64,000 nt of DNA. It comes from an uncultured Verrucomicrobiae bacterium. Lineage in GTDB: Bacteria; Verrucomicrobiota; Verrucomicrobiia; Chthoniobacterales; UBA10450. Of this stretch, positions 1 through 10,627 are shown one piece after another; position 1 is the first letter of the stretch, and each line of letters starts with the position of its first letter. The stretch spans positions 512,001 through 576,000 of the forward strand of contig CAWFGO010000001.1 in NCBI GenBank assembly GCA_963815455.1. Reading direction: 5' to 3'. The notes beneath the pieces were generated by a model. It had not been told where the DNA came from. It searched no databases and was given only the letters and a program-made list of their open reading frames with translations. A program made the position numbers and the translations under genes.

Positions 1-1425
1 TTGGCCAAGCGCCCAGTGATCGAGCAGCGATTGGAATACGGAAAAATTGCAGATGTACTGATCGGCCAGTGAGGTCTCCAGCTCCTTCACTTCGTCGGGC
101 ACGTAGCGCAGCCCGCGGTGCATGTTCACGATTTGATGGGCCAACTGCCAGTAAACGGTGTCGATCTTCGCTTTCGATTCGAGATCGAGCAGGCCGAGAT
201 CGAACGTCTGCTGCCCTTCCTCCTTGATCTGGCGGATGTCGTGGAGGCTTTCCAGACGATTGCCGCGTTTCAGACGCTGCTTCACGTCCAGAATATCATG
301 CACCAGTTTGTGATCCTTCTCGCCGGCTTCGACTCTGAGTTTGGGCGCGGTTTTCTCAATCGAACCAAACGCTTCCACCACCAGGACAGAATGATGGGCC
401 ACAATCGCGCGCCCGCCTTCATTGACGATGGCCGGATGCGGCACGCCTTCGGAATCGCACACATCCATGATGTTCCAGACAACGTCGTTGGCGTATTCCT
501 GGAGTGAATAATTGGCCGAGCTATCGAAATCGCTGCGCGAACCGTCGTAGTCCACGCCAAGACCGCCGCCAACGTCGAGATAGCCCAGCTCATGCCCGAG
601 CTTGGCCAGCTTGGCGTAATATCGAGCCCCTTCCCGCACCGCGCGTTTGATCGTGGAAATATCCGGGACCTGCGAGCCGACATGGAAATGAACGAGCTTA
701 AAACAGTGGCCTAGTCCCGCTTCCTTCAACATCTGGCTAGCGGCGACCAAGCTGGTTGTGTCCAGACCGAACTTCGCGTTTTCACCACCGCTGGGCGACC
801 ATTTCCCAGAGCCCTTGCTATGCAGCCGGACCCGGATTCCGATGTGCGGCTCGACGCCGACTTCTTTCGCGGCCCGGATGGTTTGTTCGAGCTCTTCCAG
901 TTTTTCCACGACGATAACGACCGATTTGCCGAGCTTCCGGCCGAGAAGAGCGATGCGAATGAAAGCGCGGTCTTTATATCCGTTGCAGATGATCAAACTC
1001 TCGGGGTCTTTGTGCATGGCCAGCGCGGCGACCAGCTCCGGCTTGCTCCCTGCCTCGAGGCCGAAATGAAATTGCAGACCAGCATCGACGATTTCCTCGA
1101 TCACTTCGCGCAGTTGATTGACTTTGATCGGAAAAACACCCCGATACTGGCTGCGATAGCCAAACTCGCTGATGGCGGTTTGAAATGCGCGATTGACCGA
1201 TTCGACCCGATGCCGGAGCAAATCCTGGAAACGAATGACCAGCGGAAAACCGAGCCCGCGCGAGCGCGCTTCGTTTACCACTTCCAGGATGTCGATGTTC
1301 CCTCCGTTTTCCTGGAGCGGTTTGGCCACGACGTTGCCGCTGGCATTGATCGTGAAATAACCGCCGCCCCATCCATCAACATTGTAGGTGGAGATGGCCG
1401 ATTCGACGTCCCAGTCGTTTTTCAT
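1..1425 (-). CDS. speA: Biosynthetic arginine decarboxylase (3' end runs off the window)
   Basis: Manual minus-strand translation from ATG 1425 (MKNDWDVESAISTYNVDGWGGGYF) gives VFPIKVNQ (PLP lysine), GLEAGSKPEL, IICNGYKD and HFHVGSQ. Absent from the ORF track because it has no stop in the window. Confidence 0.93.
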   Translation of the reverse strand, partial: MKNDWDVESAISTYNVDGWGGGYFTINASGNVVAKPLQENGGNIDILEVVNEARSRGLGFPLVIRFQDLLRHRVESVNRAFQTAISEFGYRSQYRGVFPIKVNQLREVIEEIVDAGLQFHFGLEAGSKPELVAALAMHKDPESLIICNGYKDRAFIRIALLGRKLGKSVVIVVEKLEELEQTIRAAKEVGVEPHIGIRVRLHSKGSGKWSPSGGENAKFGLDTTSLVAASQMLKEAGLGHCFKLVHFHVGSQVPDISTIKRAVREGARYYAKLAKLGHELGYLDVGGGLGVDYDGSRSDFDSSANYSLQEYANDVVWNIMDVCDSEGVPHPAIVNEGGRAIVAHHSVLVVEAFGSIEKTAPKLRVEAGEKDHKLVHDILDVKQRLKRGNRLESLHDIRQIKEEGQQTFDLGLLDLESKAKIDTVYWQLAHQIVNMHRGLRYVPDEVKELETSLADQYICNFSVFQSLLDHWALGQ

Positions 1426-1578
1426 TTCGCTTTGCGGCGCCCCGAAAGCTTTCGGGGCAAAACGGATATTCAATATGCGCGGCCAACATGCAAGCCTGCA
1501 GAAAAAGAATCTTGCGCGCCGGATTCGTCCCGGGCCCGTCGCTTGTTTTTCCTGCCCCTGGCGGATAACGTTCGTTCG

Positions 1579-2061
1579 ATGAATAAAACGGTGATCGAGG
1601 TGCAGGTGCGCGCGGTTTTGCCCACCAGCGGAGGGTGCGCGGTCTTTCTGGGAAACAACGACAAGGTCTTTATCATTTATGTAGATCAGACGGTCGGAAG
1701 CGCGATCACCATGTTCATGCGCGAGATTTCCAAGGAGCGCCCGCTGACGCACGACCTGATCGCTCATCTCATGACCGCTCTCGGGGCAAAAGTCGAACGA
1801 GTGATCATCAACGACCTGAAAAACGCCACTTACTATGCCCGGATGATCATCCGGGCCGAAAACGAATTGCAGCAGAAAAAAATTATCGAGCTGGACGGGC
1901 GACCGAGTGATTGCATCGCCATGGCGATGCAGCAGAAGGCGCCGATTTATGTTAGCCAGGAAGTCTGGGACGAAGTGGACGACATGAGCGATGTCTTGCG
2001 CAAGATGGAGGAGGAAGGGCTCAAGCCCGATCCGGAGGCGGAGGCCAGCGAGGAAGAGTAA
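1579..2061 (+). CDS. Bifunctional nuclease family protein (DUF151)
   Basis: MNKTVIEVQVRAV...RPLTHDL...YYARMII...LDGRPSDCIAMA. The true start lies inside ORF 820..2061, whose N-terminal part is the antisense shadow of speA. Confidence 0.88.
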   Translation: MNKTVIEVQVRAVLPTSGGCAVFLGNNDKVFIIYVDQTVGSAITMFMREISKERPLTHDLIAHLMTALGAKVERVIINDLKNATYYARMIIRAENELQQKKIIELDGRPSDCIAMAMQQKAPIYVSQEVWDEVDDMSDVLRKMEEEGLKPDPEAEASEEE

Positions 2062-2087
2062 CAGCGCGTTTGCGACTGCGCGATTCC

Positions 2088-2227
2088 GTCATCCCGAGCG
2101 CAGCGAGGAACCTCGCAGTCGAAGGGGAACGGATCGAAACAACATTGAAACCGGGAGCGCTTTATCGCTCTCGAACGTTGTCATTACTCGCGAGATCCTT
2201 CTCCCGCGACGGCGGGATCAGGATGAC
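2088..2227. repeat. REP-like palindromic element, GTCATCCCGAGC...GGATGAC family
   Basis: Inverted ends gtcatcccgagcg / gatcaggatgac between convergent genes. Related copies at 37160 and 41013. Confidence 0.8.
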
Positions 2228-2238
2228 AGCGCGTGGCT

Positions 2239-4009
2239 TTACCCCAGCAGATCCCCGTAGCGTTCATTCGCCACCTCCAGACTGCGCGAAAGAATTTCCG
2301 CCGGCGTGTTCAGCTTGAGAGCCTCCTCGACGAGTTGGCGGCACACCGGAATGTCGAGAGATTGCACTGCGCGTTTCACTCGCGGCACGAGCATCGCGCC
2401 GACACTCAGCTCATCGATGTCCAGACCGAGCAGGAGCGGCATTAGGGCAATGTCGCCCGCCATTTCGCCGCATACGCCCACCCAGATTTTGTTCGCGTGC
2501 GCCGCGTCGGCGATCATTTTCAATAACCGCAGCACAGCTGGGTGCGTCGGCTCGTAGAGATGCGCGATCCGCTCGTTCATGCGATCGACTGCAAGCGCGT
2601 ACTGAATCAGGTCGTTGGTTCCGATGCTAAAGAAATCCACTTCGCGGGCCAGCGCATCGGCAGAAATGGCAGCGCTTGGGATTTCAATCATCGCACCGAC
2701 TTCCGTTTTCTCGCCGATGTCGATGTTCGCTTCGCGCAATTCCTCTCGACATTCCTCCAGAATCGAGATGGCCTGCCGCAGCTCGTTCAATCCCGAAATC
2801 ATCGGGAACATGATTTTCACGTTGCCAGCCGCGCTGGCCCGCAAAATGGCGCGCAACTGGGTCTTGAAGATGTCGATGTTCTCGAGGCAAAAACGAATCG
2901 CGCGCCAGCCAAGAAACGGGTTCAGCTCGTCGCTGATGTTCACCGTTCCAGGAGCGAGCTTGTCGCCGCCGAGATCGAACGTACGAATAATGAGCGGATC
3001 GGGCCGGACACGCTCCGCCACTCTCCGGTAGACTTCGGTACTGCTCGTCTTCGGTTGGCAAAGCGCGGCGGTTCAAATAAAGAAACTCGGTGCGATAAAG
3101 GCCGATTCCTTCCGCGCCATTGGCCGCGACAGCTTCCACGTCGCCGGGGAGTTCGATATTGGCGGAAAGAACAATGTGCTTCCCATCGCGCGTGGTCGAT
3201 TTCGTCTCGCGCAGCTCCTTCAGCTTGGCCACGACCTGGACGCGACGCGATTCGACCTCGCCGTAATAAAGGAGCGTCTCCGGTGTTGGATCCAAAATGA
3301 CCAAACCCTTTGTCCCGTCGACCAGAACATGCCGCCCGGTTTCGAGCTTGGCCGTAATATCGTGCAAGCCCACAACCGCCGGAATATTCAGCGAGCGCGC
3401 AATGATCGCCGTATGCGAAGTGCGGCTGCCCAAATCGGTCGCGATGCCCAGCACGCGTTCCCGGTTCATCATCGCGGCATCCGAAGGCGTCAGGTTGTGG
3501 GCCACCAGAATATGCGGTTCGTCCAGTTCGAGAAATGCCTTCTGCGCTTTTCCCTGCAAATTGCGAATCACGCGCTTGGTTACGTCCTGGATGTCGAGCG
3601 CCCGCTCGCGCAGGTAGGGATCGTCGATCTTGCTGAGTGTTTCTGCGTAATCGGTGGCGACTTCTTGGAACACCCACTCGACATTACACCGATCCGTTTC
3701 GAGTTTGCGCAGCACTTCATCGATCAATGTGCGGTCTTCCACGACCAGAAGGTGCGCATCGAAAATGGCGGCATCCTTGGCGCCGATCGATTCGGCGATG
3801 CGTTGCTGCAGTTCCAGAATCTGCATGCGCGTCTGGATGAGCGCGGCCTCAAAGCGCGCGATTTCATCGGAAATCTGCGAAGGAGCGATCTGATGCCGGA
3901 CAACATCATCGAGATCGTCGCGGACCACATGCGCTCTGCCGCGCGCGGTTCCCGGCGAGACGCCCGCAGCCTGAAATCGAGTTTCCTGTCCGGTGTTATC
4001 CGTGCTCAT
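2239..4009 (-). CDS. ptsI: PTS enzyme I (PEP-protein phosphotransferase); one frameshift near 3037
   Basis: ORF 2684..4009 has GSRTSHTAI (phospho-His) and GIGLYRTEFLYL. ORF 2239..3021 has RTFDLGGDK, NPFLGWRAIR, FFSIGTNDLIQY and GVCGEMAG. Confidence 0.93.
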
Positions 4010-4056
4010 TCGCCTGCGAGAGTACAGTAGATGTCAACTCGCACGGGGTTTTAGAC

Positions 4057-4364
<308 letters not shown>

Positions 4365-4365
<1 letters not shown>

Positions 4366-5360
4366 TATTTCGGTTCCGGTTCCATCAAACCAAGCAGTCT
4401 CGTGTTGAACTCGATGGCGCTGTTCTGTCCCAGGCCCTTGAGCTTTTGATCCATCGCCGCCACTTCCACCAGCCGGGCAATATCGCGTCCCGGCTTTATC
4501 GGAATGGTCACGTGCGGCACTTGCAGCCCCAGGATTTCGTAAAATTCACGGTCGAGTCCAATTCGATCTACTGATTCCACATCCTCCCACTCCTTTAAAG
4601 TAACAACCAGATCGAGCCGCTTCTCGATTCGAATACTGCCGATGCCGAAAATCTTGGCCACGTCGATGATACCGATGCCGCGCACTTCCATGTGATTGCG
4701 AGTGAGATTAGGCGCGGTCGCCATGAGCTCGCGACCTTCCAGCATGGTCAGGCGCGTTACGTCGTCTGCCACCAGGCTATAGCCCCGTTCGATTAAACCG
4801 AGCACGCATTCGCTCTTGCCGATTCCGCTCTGACCCCGAATCAAGACGCCGACGCCGAGCACATCGGCCATGCTTCCGAACTCAGTGACGGTGGGCGAAA
4901 AATCGACTTCCAGCGCGATGGTCGCGGCATTGATAAACTTCATCGTAATCATGGGCGTGCGAAACACCGCGATCTCCGCCTCCGCAGTCACGGCCAGGAG
5001 TTCAGGGGCAAGATGAAATCCGCGCGAAATCACCAGGCACGGAATTTTGCACTCGCACAGTTCGCGAAACCGCTTTACTCGCACGGTTGAGGGCAAGCTT
5101 TTCAAATATGAATTCTCGGCCGCACCGAGGACCTGCACCCTTTTTTCGGCGAAATAAGTGTAGAACCCCGACAGGGCGAGGCCGGGGCGATTAATGGTCG
5201 GTTCGCGAATCTTTCGATGAAACCCAACGCGCGGGCCTTCCAGCTTCATCTGCAGCTTTTCGGCATGCCCAATGAAAAAGCTCTCCACCGTAACGACCGG
5301 CACACTTTTTCTCTGGTGGCTTGTCGATGTAATTGTCTGGGTAGCCGCTGGCGCCGCCAT
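4365..5360 (-). CDS. hprK: HPr kinase/phosphorylase
   Basis: INRPGLAL, Walker A GQSGIGKSE, LVADD, MEVRGIGII and PGRDIARLVEVAA. Confidence 0.95.
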
Positions 5361-5450
5361 AGCCCTTAAGTTCTAACGCGGATAGAGCCTATTTTCCAAT
5401 GCCCATCGACAACGAGCACGATTTCGGGGCAACGGCCGCCTTCATTCCTA

Positions 5451-6236
5451 TCACATCTTGAATCGCTCGCCCAAATACAATTGCCGACTGATCGGATCGT
5501 TGATGAGAAAATCTTTCGTGCCTTCGCTCTCGACCCGGCCTTCGAAGATCAAGTAGGCCCGATCCACGATCGACAGCGTCTCGCGCACGTTGTGATCAGT
5601 AATCATGATGGCCAGTCCCGACTTGCGCAGATTGATAATGATTTGCTGCACGTCGTAGACCGCGATCGGATCGACGCCACTGAACGGCTCGTCCAACATT
5701 AACAATTTCGGTTTCGTTACCAGCGACCGGGCAATGGTCAGCCGTCGTTTTTCTCCTCCGCTCAACGTAAGCGCGATATTCTTCGCCACCCGCTCGATGC
5801 CAAATTGATGGAGCAATTGATCGCAGCGATTTCGCCGCTCGGCTTTGGTTAACGAAAGGGTTTCCAGAATCGCCATGATGTTTTGCTCGACCGTCATCTT
5901 GCGAAAGATCGATTCCTCCTGCGGCAAATAACCCATGCCGAGCCGGGCCCGTTTGTACATCGGGTAATTCGTCACGTCGGTACCGGAGAAAATCACGCGC
6001 CCGCTGTTTGGCCTGACCAACCCGACGATCATGTAGAAGCTGGTTGTCTTGCCGGCGCCGTTGGGTCCAAGGAGACCGACAATTTCGCCGGCGCCCACGT
6101 TGAGATTTACGCCATCCACGACCGCGCGACCGCCGTAAATCTTCACCAGCTGATCGGTCGCAAGGACGTTGTCGATCCCGGCGGCTTGGGACGAAGACAC
6201 TTTCGAACCGGTGACAGGCATGGCGGGGCTAATCAT
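5451..6236 (-). CDS. lptB: LPS export ABC transporter ATP-binding protein
   Basis: GPNGAGKTT, GYLPQEESIFRKMTV, LSGGEKRR, DEPFSGVDP, TDHNVRETL and YLGERF; follows lptC/lptA. Confidence 0.93.
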   Translation of the reverse strand: MISPAMPVTGSKVSSSQAAGIDNVLATDQLVKIYGGRAVVDGVNLNVGAGEIVGLLGPNGAGKTTSFYMIVGLVRPNSGRVIFSGTDVTNYPMYKRARLGMGYLPQEESIFRKMTVEQNIMAILETLSLTKAERRNRCDQLLHQFGIERVAKNIALTLSGGEKRRLTIARSLVTKPKLLMLDEPFSGVDPIAVYDVQQIIINLRKSGLAIMITDHNVRETLSIVDRAYLIFEGRVESEGTKDFLINDPISRQLYLGERFKM

Positions 6237-6886
6237 GGTTTTGGCGAGGGTGAAGCATTGGCCTTCTTGTCGCCCTTGGCTTCCTTGGCTTCCGGTGTTG
6301 GCTGCTGGCGAATTTCGGTTCGGCTCGGCCCGTGCGTAGTCAGTTGGCCATTCTGGTTAATGATCATGACCGTGTCCGGACTCGCCGCGACGTGCGTGTT
6401 CATTCCTTCCTGCACGCGAGGGTCTCCTCTCAACTCGACGTTGCCAGTCGACGCCACATAAGTTGCAGTCTCACCCCGCCCGACCGAGCGCGTCGGCTGT
6501 CCGCCGTTGGGATCGGGCCGATCCCGCACCACCGCGACGTTTCCTTCCGCAATTGCTTTTTCGAGTCCCTGGTTTTCGCCTTTGCTCACGTAAATGGTCA
6601 ACTTATCCGATTGAACATTGAACCGCGGATCGGTCACTTTCACGCTGCCGGTAAAAATTCCCATGTTTTTTGTTGAATCAAAAAACGCTTCATCGGCAAG
6701 AATTTCCGTTATCATCGGCTGGTTGGAAGGTGTGCCGCCACTCAAAAATTTGTCCATCCCTGATTTCTCTTCTTTCTTCGGTTTTTTCTCCGGCGCGGCC
6801 GATCCTGCCGGCGATGCCGCGGTTTGGGCAAACAATTGCCCAGCCAGACCGCCCAGAATCAACCACGTTAGCGCGGCATTTTTCAT
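6233..6886 (-). CDS. lptA: LptA/OstA-family LPS transport periplasmic protein
   Basis: Signal peptide, beta-jellyroll-like FTGSVKV...AEGNV...LRGDPRV; synteny between lptC and lptB. Confidence 0.75.
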   Translation of the reverse strand: MKNAALTWLILGGLAGQLFAQTAASPAGSAAPEKKPKKEEKSGMDKFLSGGTPSNQPMITEILADEAFFDSTKNMGIFTGSVKVTDPRFNVQSDKLTIYVSKGENQGLEKAIAEGNVAVVRDRPDPNGGQPTRSVGRGETATYVASTGNVELRGDPRVQEGMNTHVAASPDTVMIINQNGQLTTHGPSRTEIRQQPTPEAKEAKGDKKANASPSPKP

Positions 6887-7410
6887 TCGCTTTTCTTTCC
6901 CATCAGATGCGACTGATCCGTGATCACCATTTTCACATTGCCGATTAAGTGGCCCGTTCGGGTCACGGTATCAAACTGCACGGAATCGCCAACGATATTA
7001 AAATCCGCCCGGCGCACCACAGTGCGCTCCTGCGAACTCAAGACGCGCGTCTTCAAATTGAGGACCGACGTGCGCATATCGATTTGAAGATCGATGTTCT
7101 TCTCCGGGGTGTAGGTAGTGATTTTCAGATCTTTGAACCCGATATGCTCCTCGTCGATCCGCCGGGCGGTTCCAGCCTCAAATCGCCCGCGCAAATGCCC
7201 ATCGGCATCGAAATCCGGCAACACCAGTCCTTTCGCCTCATGGCCCGTGGCTAATGGAATATTGGTCAGGCTTTGCTCGCCCGGCGAAGGAGTTGGCGTC
7301 GCCGTAACCTTGCCTCGGTTCTTCTTCTTCTTGGCGCCCTTGGATTTGCCGAAGGAAGGCGACGCCGACAACGCGACGGATAGAGCCAGGATCGACAACA
7401 AGCCTAACAA
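6883..7410 (-). CDS. lptC: LptC-family LPS export protein (start possibly 7453 with a frameshift)
   Basis: N-terminal hydrophobic segment, beta-rich C-terminus (LIGNVKMVI); synteny kdsA-lptC-lptA-lptB. Confidence 0.65.
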   Translation of the reverse strand: MLGLLSILALSVALSASPSFGKSKGAKKKKNRGKVTATPTPSPGEQSLTNIPLATGHEAKGLVLPDFDADGHLRGRFEAGTARRIDEEHIGFKDLKITTYTPEKNIDLQIDMRTSVLNLKTRVLSSQERTVVRRADFNIVGDSVQFDTVTRTGHLIGNVKMVITDQSHLMGKKSE

Positions 7411-7436
7411 TCCAGCCGCAGCTTCCGAAGCGGCTG

Positions 7437-8258
7437 CTACGAAACAGCAGCATGAATAGCCTTTAACATGCGCAAATGCTTCGGCAAATTCTTTAGCGGA
7501 ACCTGATTGGCCGCATCCGACAAGGCCCGCGTCGGATTTTCGTGCACTTCCATGAAAATTCCGTCACACCCGGCCGCTACCGCCGCCCGCGCCAGCACCG
7601 GCGCAAGGACGCCGTCGCCCGAGGTTACATCTCCTGCCCCGCCCGGCCGCTGCACCGAATGCGTGGCGTCGAAAATAACCCGGTAACCGGCTTCGCGCAT
7701 CCAAAAAAGCGAGCGCATATCGGCCACGAGATTGTTGTAACCGAACGTCGTCCCGCGCTCGGTGAAACAAAATCTATCGTTTCCAAACGCAATCAGCTTT
7801 TCGGCGATGTTCTTCACGTCCCATGGCGCCAGGAATTGGCCTTTTTTCACATTCACCGCCCGCCCCGTTTCGGCGGCGGCCCGCAACAAATCGGTTTGCC
7901 GGCAAAGAAATGCCGGAATTTGCAGCATGTCGATCTTATCGCCGGCAATTTTGGCTTCGGCGGACGAATGCACATCGGTCGTGACCGGAATTTTCAAGTC
8001 CTGGCCGATTTCTGCGAGAATTTCGCAGCCTTCGCGCACGCCGATTCCGCGAAACGATCGCACCGAAGTCCGGTTCGCCTTGTCGTAGGAGGCTTTGAAA
8101 ATAAGATCGACATCTTCGTCCGCGCAGATCGCCGCAATTTTCCTCGCCATCCGCCAGACAAACTTCTCCGACTCGATCACGCATGGCCCAAGAATGAACA
8201 CGAGGCGCTTCCCGCCAATAGTGGCCTTTCCGACTTTAAGAGGCTTTGAGGCGACCAT
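7437..8258 (-). CDS. kdsA: 3-deoxy-8-phosphooctulonate (KDO8P) synthase
   Basis: GPCVIES, KASYDKANRTS, QIPAFLCRQTDLL, KKGQFLAP, ERGTTFGYNNLV and FDATHSVQ. Confidence 0.97.
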   Translation of the reverse strand: MVASKPLKVGKATIGGKRLVFILGPCVIESEKFVWRMARKIAAICADEDVDLIFKASYDKANRTSVRSFRGIGVREGCEILAEIGQDLKIPVTTDVHSSAEAKIAGDKIDMLQIPAFLCRQTDLLRAAAETGRAVNVKKGQFLAPWDVKNIAEKLIAFGNDRFCFTERGTTFGYNNLVADMRSLFWMREAGYRVIFDATHSVQRPGGAGDVTSGDGVLAPVLARAAVAAGCDGIFMEVHENPTRALSDAANQVPLKNLPKHLRMLKAIHAAVS

Positions 8259-8352
8259 GAATGTCTAAGGAAAGCAGGAACGCAGGAATTTTAAAGATTT
8301 CCTTCCGGCTTTCCTCACTGGAGTGGTTGTGCTTTTGGGGCTACAAATCCTG

Positions 8353-8755
8353 ATGCCACGCTCGGCAATAACTATATTGGCAGTTGCGTTCTCTTTCGCT
8401 GCTAGTGCGCAGGTGCAAACTACGTCATCAAAGGCTGTTCCAATTCACGGAAACAGGCCTGTTACAAAGGTCTTTGCGACCCACGGACCTCGCCCGTCCT
8501 TCCCAAAATCTGTCGCCATTTCCCTCGAGAAGCGCGGCATTACAAAAGCGCATTTCAAAGGCGTTTACGTGATGCATGTTGATATCGAAACTGGACTTGT
8601 GCGTTCGGTAGAAATCGAGAAGAGCATGGGGATCTCGGCGTTGGACAATGTTTGTACCTGAGTTTCTCAAGAAATGGAAATTCAAGCTTCCAACAGTAAA
8701 AAAAGTTCGCTGCCCCATTGAGTTTATTTCGCCGCAATCGCAAGGCGGCAGCTAG
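8353..8755 (+). CDS. Small secreted TonB C-terminal-domain protein; frameshift near 8658
   Basis: Signal peptide, then KGVYVMHVDIETGLVRSVEIEKSMGISALD, continuing in another frame as EFLKKWKFK...VRCPIEF. Confidence 0.6.
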
Positions 8756-9495
8756 AGATTTCCCTCCTGATTTCCTGCCCTTCTCAGCGATTTTCCTCTC
8801 GCCAGATCGACAATGGCAAACGGCGCGTAGAGCAGGGCGAAGAAGACCAACGCCAGCCCGTGCATTTGCAGAAGATAAAGAGGTCGCCAGTCGGAAAGAA
8901 AACTCAGGAGCGAGAACGCTTCCGGTTTGTGCAGGAGAAAGCCGTAGTTTTCACCAGTAAGAAGGTCGGTCGTGAAGGCGATGACGAAGTAGAGCTCGGT
9001 CCAGGCAAAAGTCCGCAGGATTCCGATCGGCCGCGGCCGGAACCCATAGATCAGCATCAGGAACACGATGCCGATGATGATTCCGGAATGGGCAACGAAA
9101 GAAACTAATGAAGCGCACATCGGGAAACCCAAATTGCAGATTCGGAGTGATGATGGCCTGAAGCGTTCCACCGATTCCCCAAAAATATGCGACTTCGAGC
9201 CAGCGGCGATTGCCCGTCCACAGCGCGCCGATGATGACGAACATGGCCCAATCGCAAAGCTGAAGCGGCAGCACTTTTGTCCACGTCGTCGCGCCGAAAT
9301 GCCGGGCCACGATCAGATAGGCGACGTAATTGACTCAGGAGCAACGCAGAGATCGCGAAACAAATCGAACGCTCCAGGAAACGCGATTTCGTCCGGTGCA
9401 CGATCAGCGCCAGCAGTAGCGGCAGCACAACGGTGAGAAAAATCACCGTCGAGATGTGCCAGACCAAAAGGCGTGAACAGATGTCTCTCAGTCAT
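8752..9495 (-). CDS. YwaF/TIGR02206-type integral membrane protein; several frameshifts
   Basis: Fragments carry LPLQLCDW, YFWGIGGTLQAIITP, HSGII, NYGFLLHKP and SLLSFL..W. Confidence 0.75.
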
Positions 9496-9578
9496 TGTGC
9501 CGTTTTGCAGGGGAAACTGTCAGCTTCCTTAGGGAAGGCAACGTCTTCTCCTCCGGATGGCGCGAACAAAAGAAGCTG

Positions 9579-9614
9579 TTGACATGATATAGAGTTCTCT
9601 ATTATACAGAGAAC
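9579..9614 (+). promoter_or_regulatory. Sigma70-like promoter with overlapping inverted-repeat operator
   Basis: TTGACA at 9579 and an AT-rich -10 region. Perfect 7-bp inverted repeat GTTCTCT-N7-AGAGAAC (9594-9614) upstream of the membrane protein/wHTH pair. Confidence 0.6.
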
Positions 9615-9629
9615 CAATCGATTAATACC

Positions 9630-10220
9630 ATGGAAACACAACCGCTTCATCCCGAGAAATTACGCGAAGATCTCCATTACGTGCGCGACGCGCTGGAGCG
9701 CCAGAAACGGCTTCACCGCCAATTGCTCCCGCTCCCCGGTGCGATTTTCCTCGGCCTTTATATTCTCTTGCTTTGCGCGCGGCGCGACCTCGCACCAGCC
9801 TGGCACAGTCCGGTACTCGATCTTATCGGCTATGCCGTCCTGGTGACTCTGGCCGTTACTCCCTGGGTGAGCGGACGCCGGCGCGGCGAGATCGTCCGCT
9901 GCGCGCCGAACGACGCGGTGCGGTTGCTCCTCCCATGGGCTGGCTTGGGATTCGCGATGGTCCTGCTCTTTCAGATCGTACATCGTCTCTCGGTTCCGAC
10001 GGAAGCGGTCTCGGCATTGTTGATCCTGCTCATCAGCCTGACTGCATTCGTTGCCGGGCTGGGCGGATTTCCAACGTTGCTCGGCGTCGGGCTTGCCATG
10101 GGCGCAGGCCTCGCCACGCGCCTCTTGCTACCGCAATCCGGATGGCTTCTGTTCGGCGCCTTGGTCTGCGCAGGGTTGATCGGCGGTGCTTTGCTGGAAC
10201 GTCGTGCCGAAAACAAATAA
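9630..10220 (+). CDS. Hypothetical multi-pass membrane protein
   Basis: About six hydrophobic segments after an N-terminal 'EDLHYVRDALER' helix; paired with a wHTH regulator. Confidence 0.7.
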   Translation: METQPLHPEKLREDLHYVRDALERQKRLHRQLLPLPGAIFLGLYILLLCARRDLAPAWHSPVLDLIGYAVLVTLAVTPWVSGRRRGEIVRCAPNDAVRLLLPWAGLGFAMVLLFQIVHRLSVPTEAVSALLILLISLTAFVAGLGGFPTLLGVGLAMGAGLATRLLLPQSGWLLFGALVCAGLIGGALLERRAENK

Positions 10221-10257
10221 AACCGCCGCGGACCAGGTGCGCGAGGGAACGCGTGCC

Positions 10258-10539
10258 ATGGACCGGCTTCTCGAGCACCGAAGCCGGCTGGGCGCTTGCC
10301 TGCTGCTTAGCCAGGCAGAAGCGATGACCTTCACTCGCTTGCGTGAACTACTGGATGAAACCGACGGGAACCTCGGGGCGCATCTCCGCAAACTGGAAGA
10401 GGCCAGTTACGTCGAAGTGCGCAAAGAGTTTGCCGACCGGAAGCCGGTAAGTTGGTACAGCCTGACGAAAAATGGCAGCAAGATGTTGCGCGCACACGTG
10501 GCGGCGTTGGAAGCGCTGGTAAATTCCGCCTCATCCTAA
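10258..10539 (+). CDS. Winged-helix transcriptional regulator (HTH_34/ArsR-like); start uncertain (10186-10258)
   Basis: RSRLGACLLL...FTRLRELLDETDGNLGAHLRKLEEASYV..RKEF..RKPVSWYSLT..G. Confidence 0.85.
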   Translation: MDRLLEHRSRLGACLLLSQAEAMTFTRLRELLDETDGNLGAHLRKLEEASYVEVRKEFADRKPVSWYSLTKNGSKMLRAHVAALEALVNSASS

Positions 10540-10627
10540 CGCACCGGAAGTGATTGCTCTGGCATCGACAGTTACAGGAAGAAAGCGGCCCCCCAAGACC
10601 TTGCGCGGAGCGAACTTTTCCTTGAGC

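Noticed and set aside
118..1578. Long + strand ORFs (118..507 and the N-terminal part of 820..2061)
   Set aside because: Antisense shadows of speA. The same applies to most overlapping ORFs in this GC-rich window.
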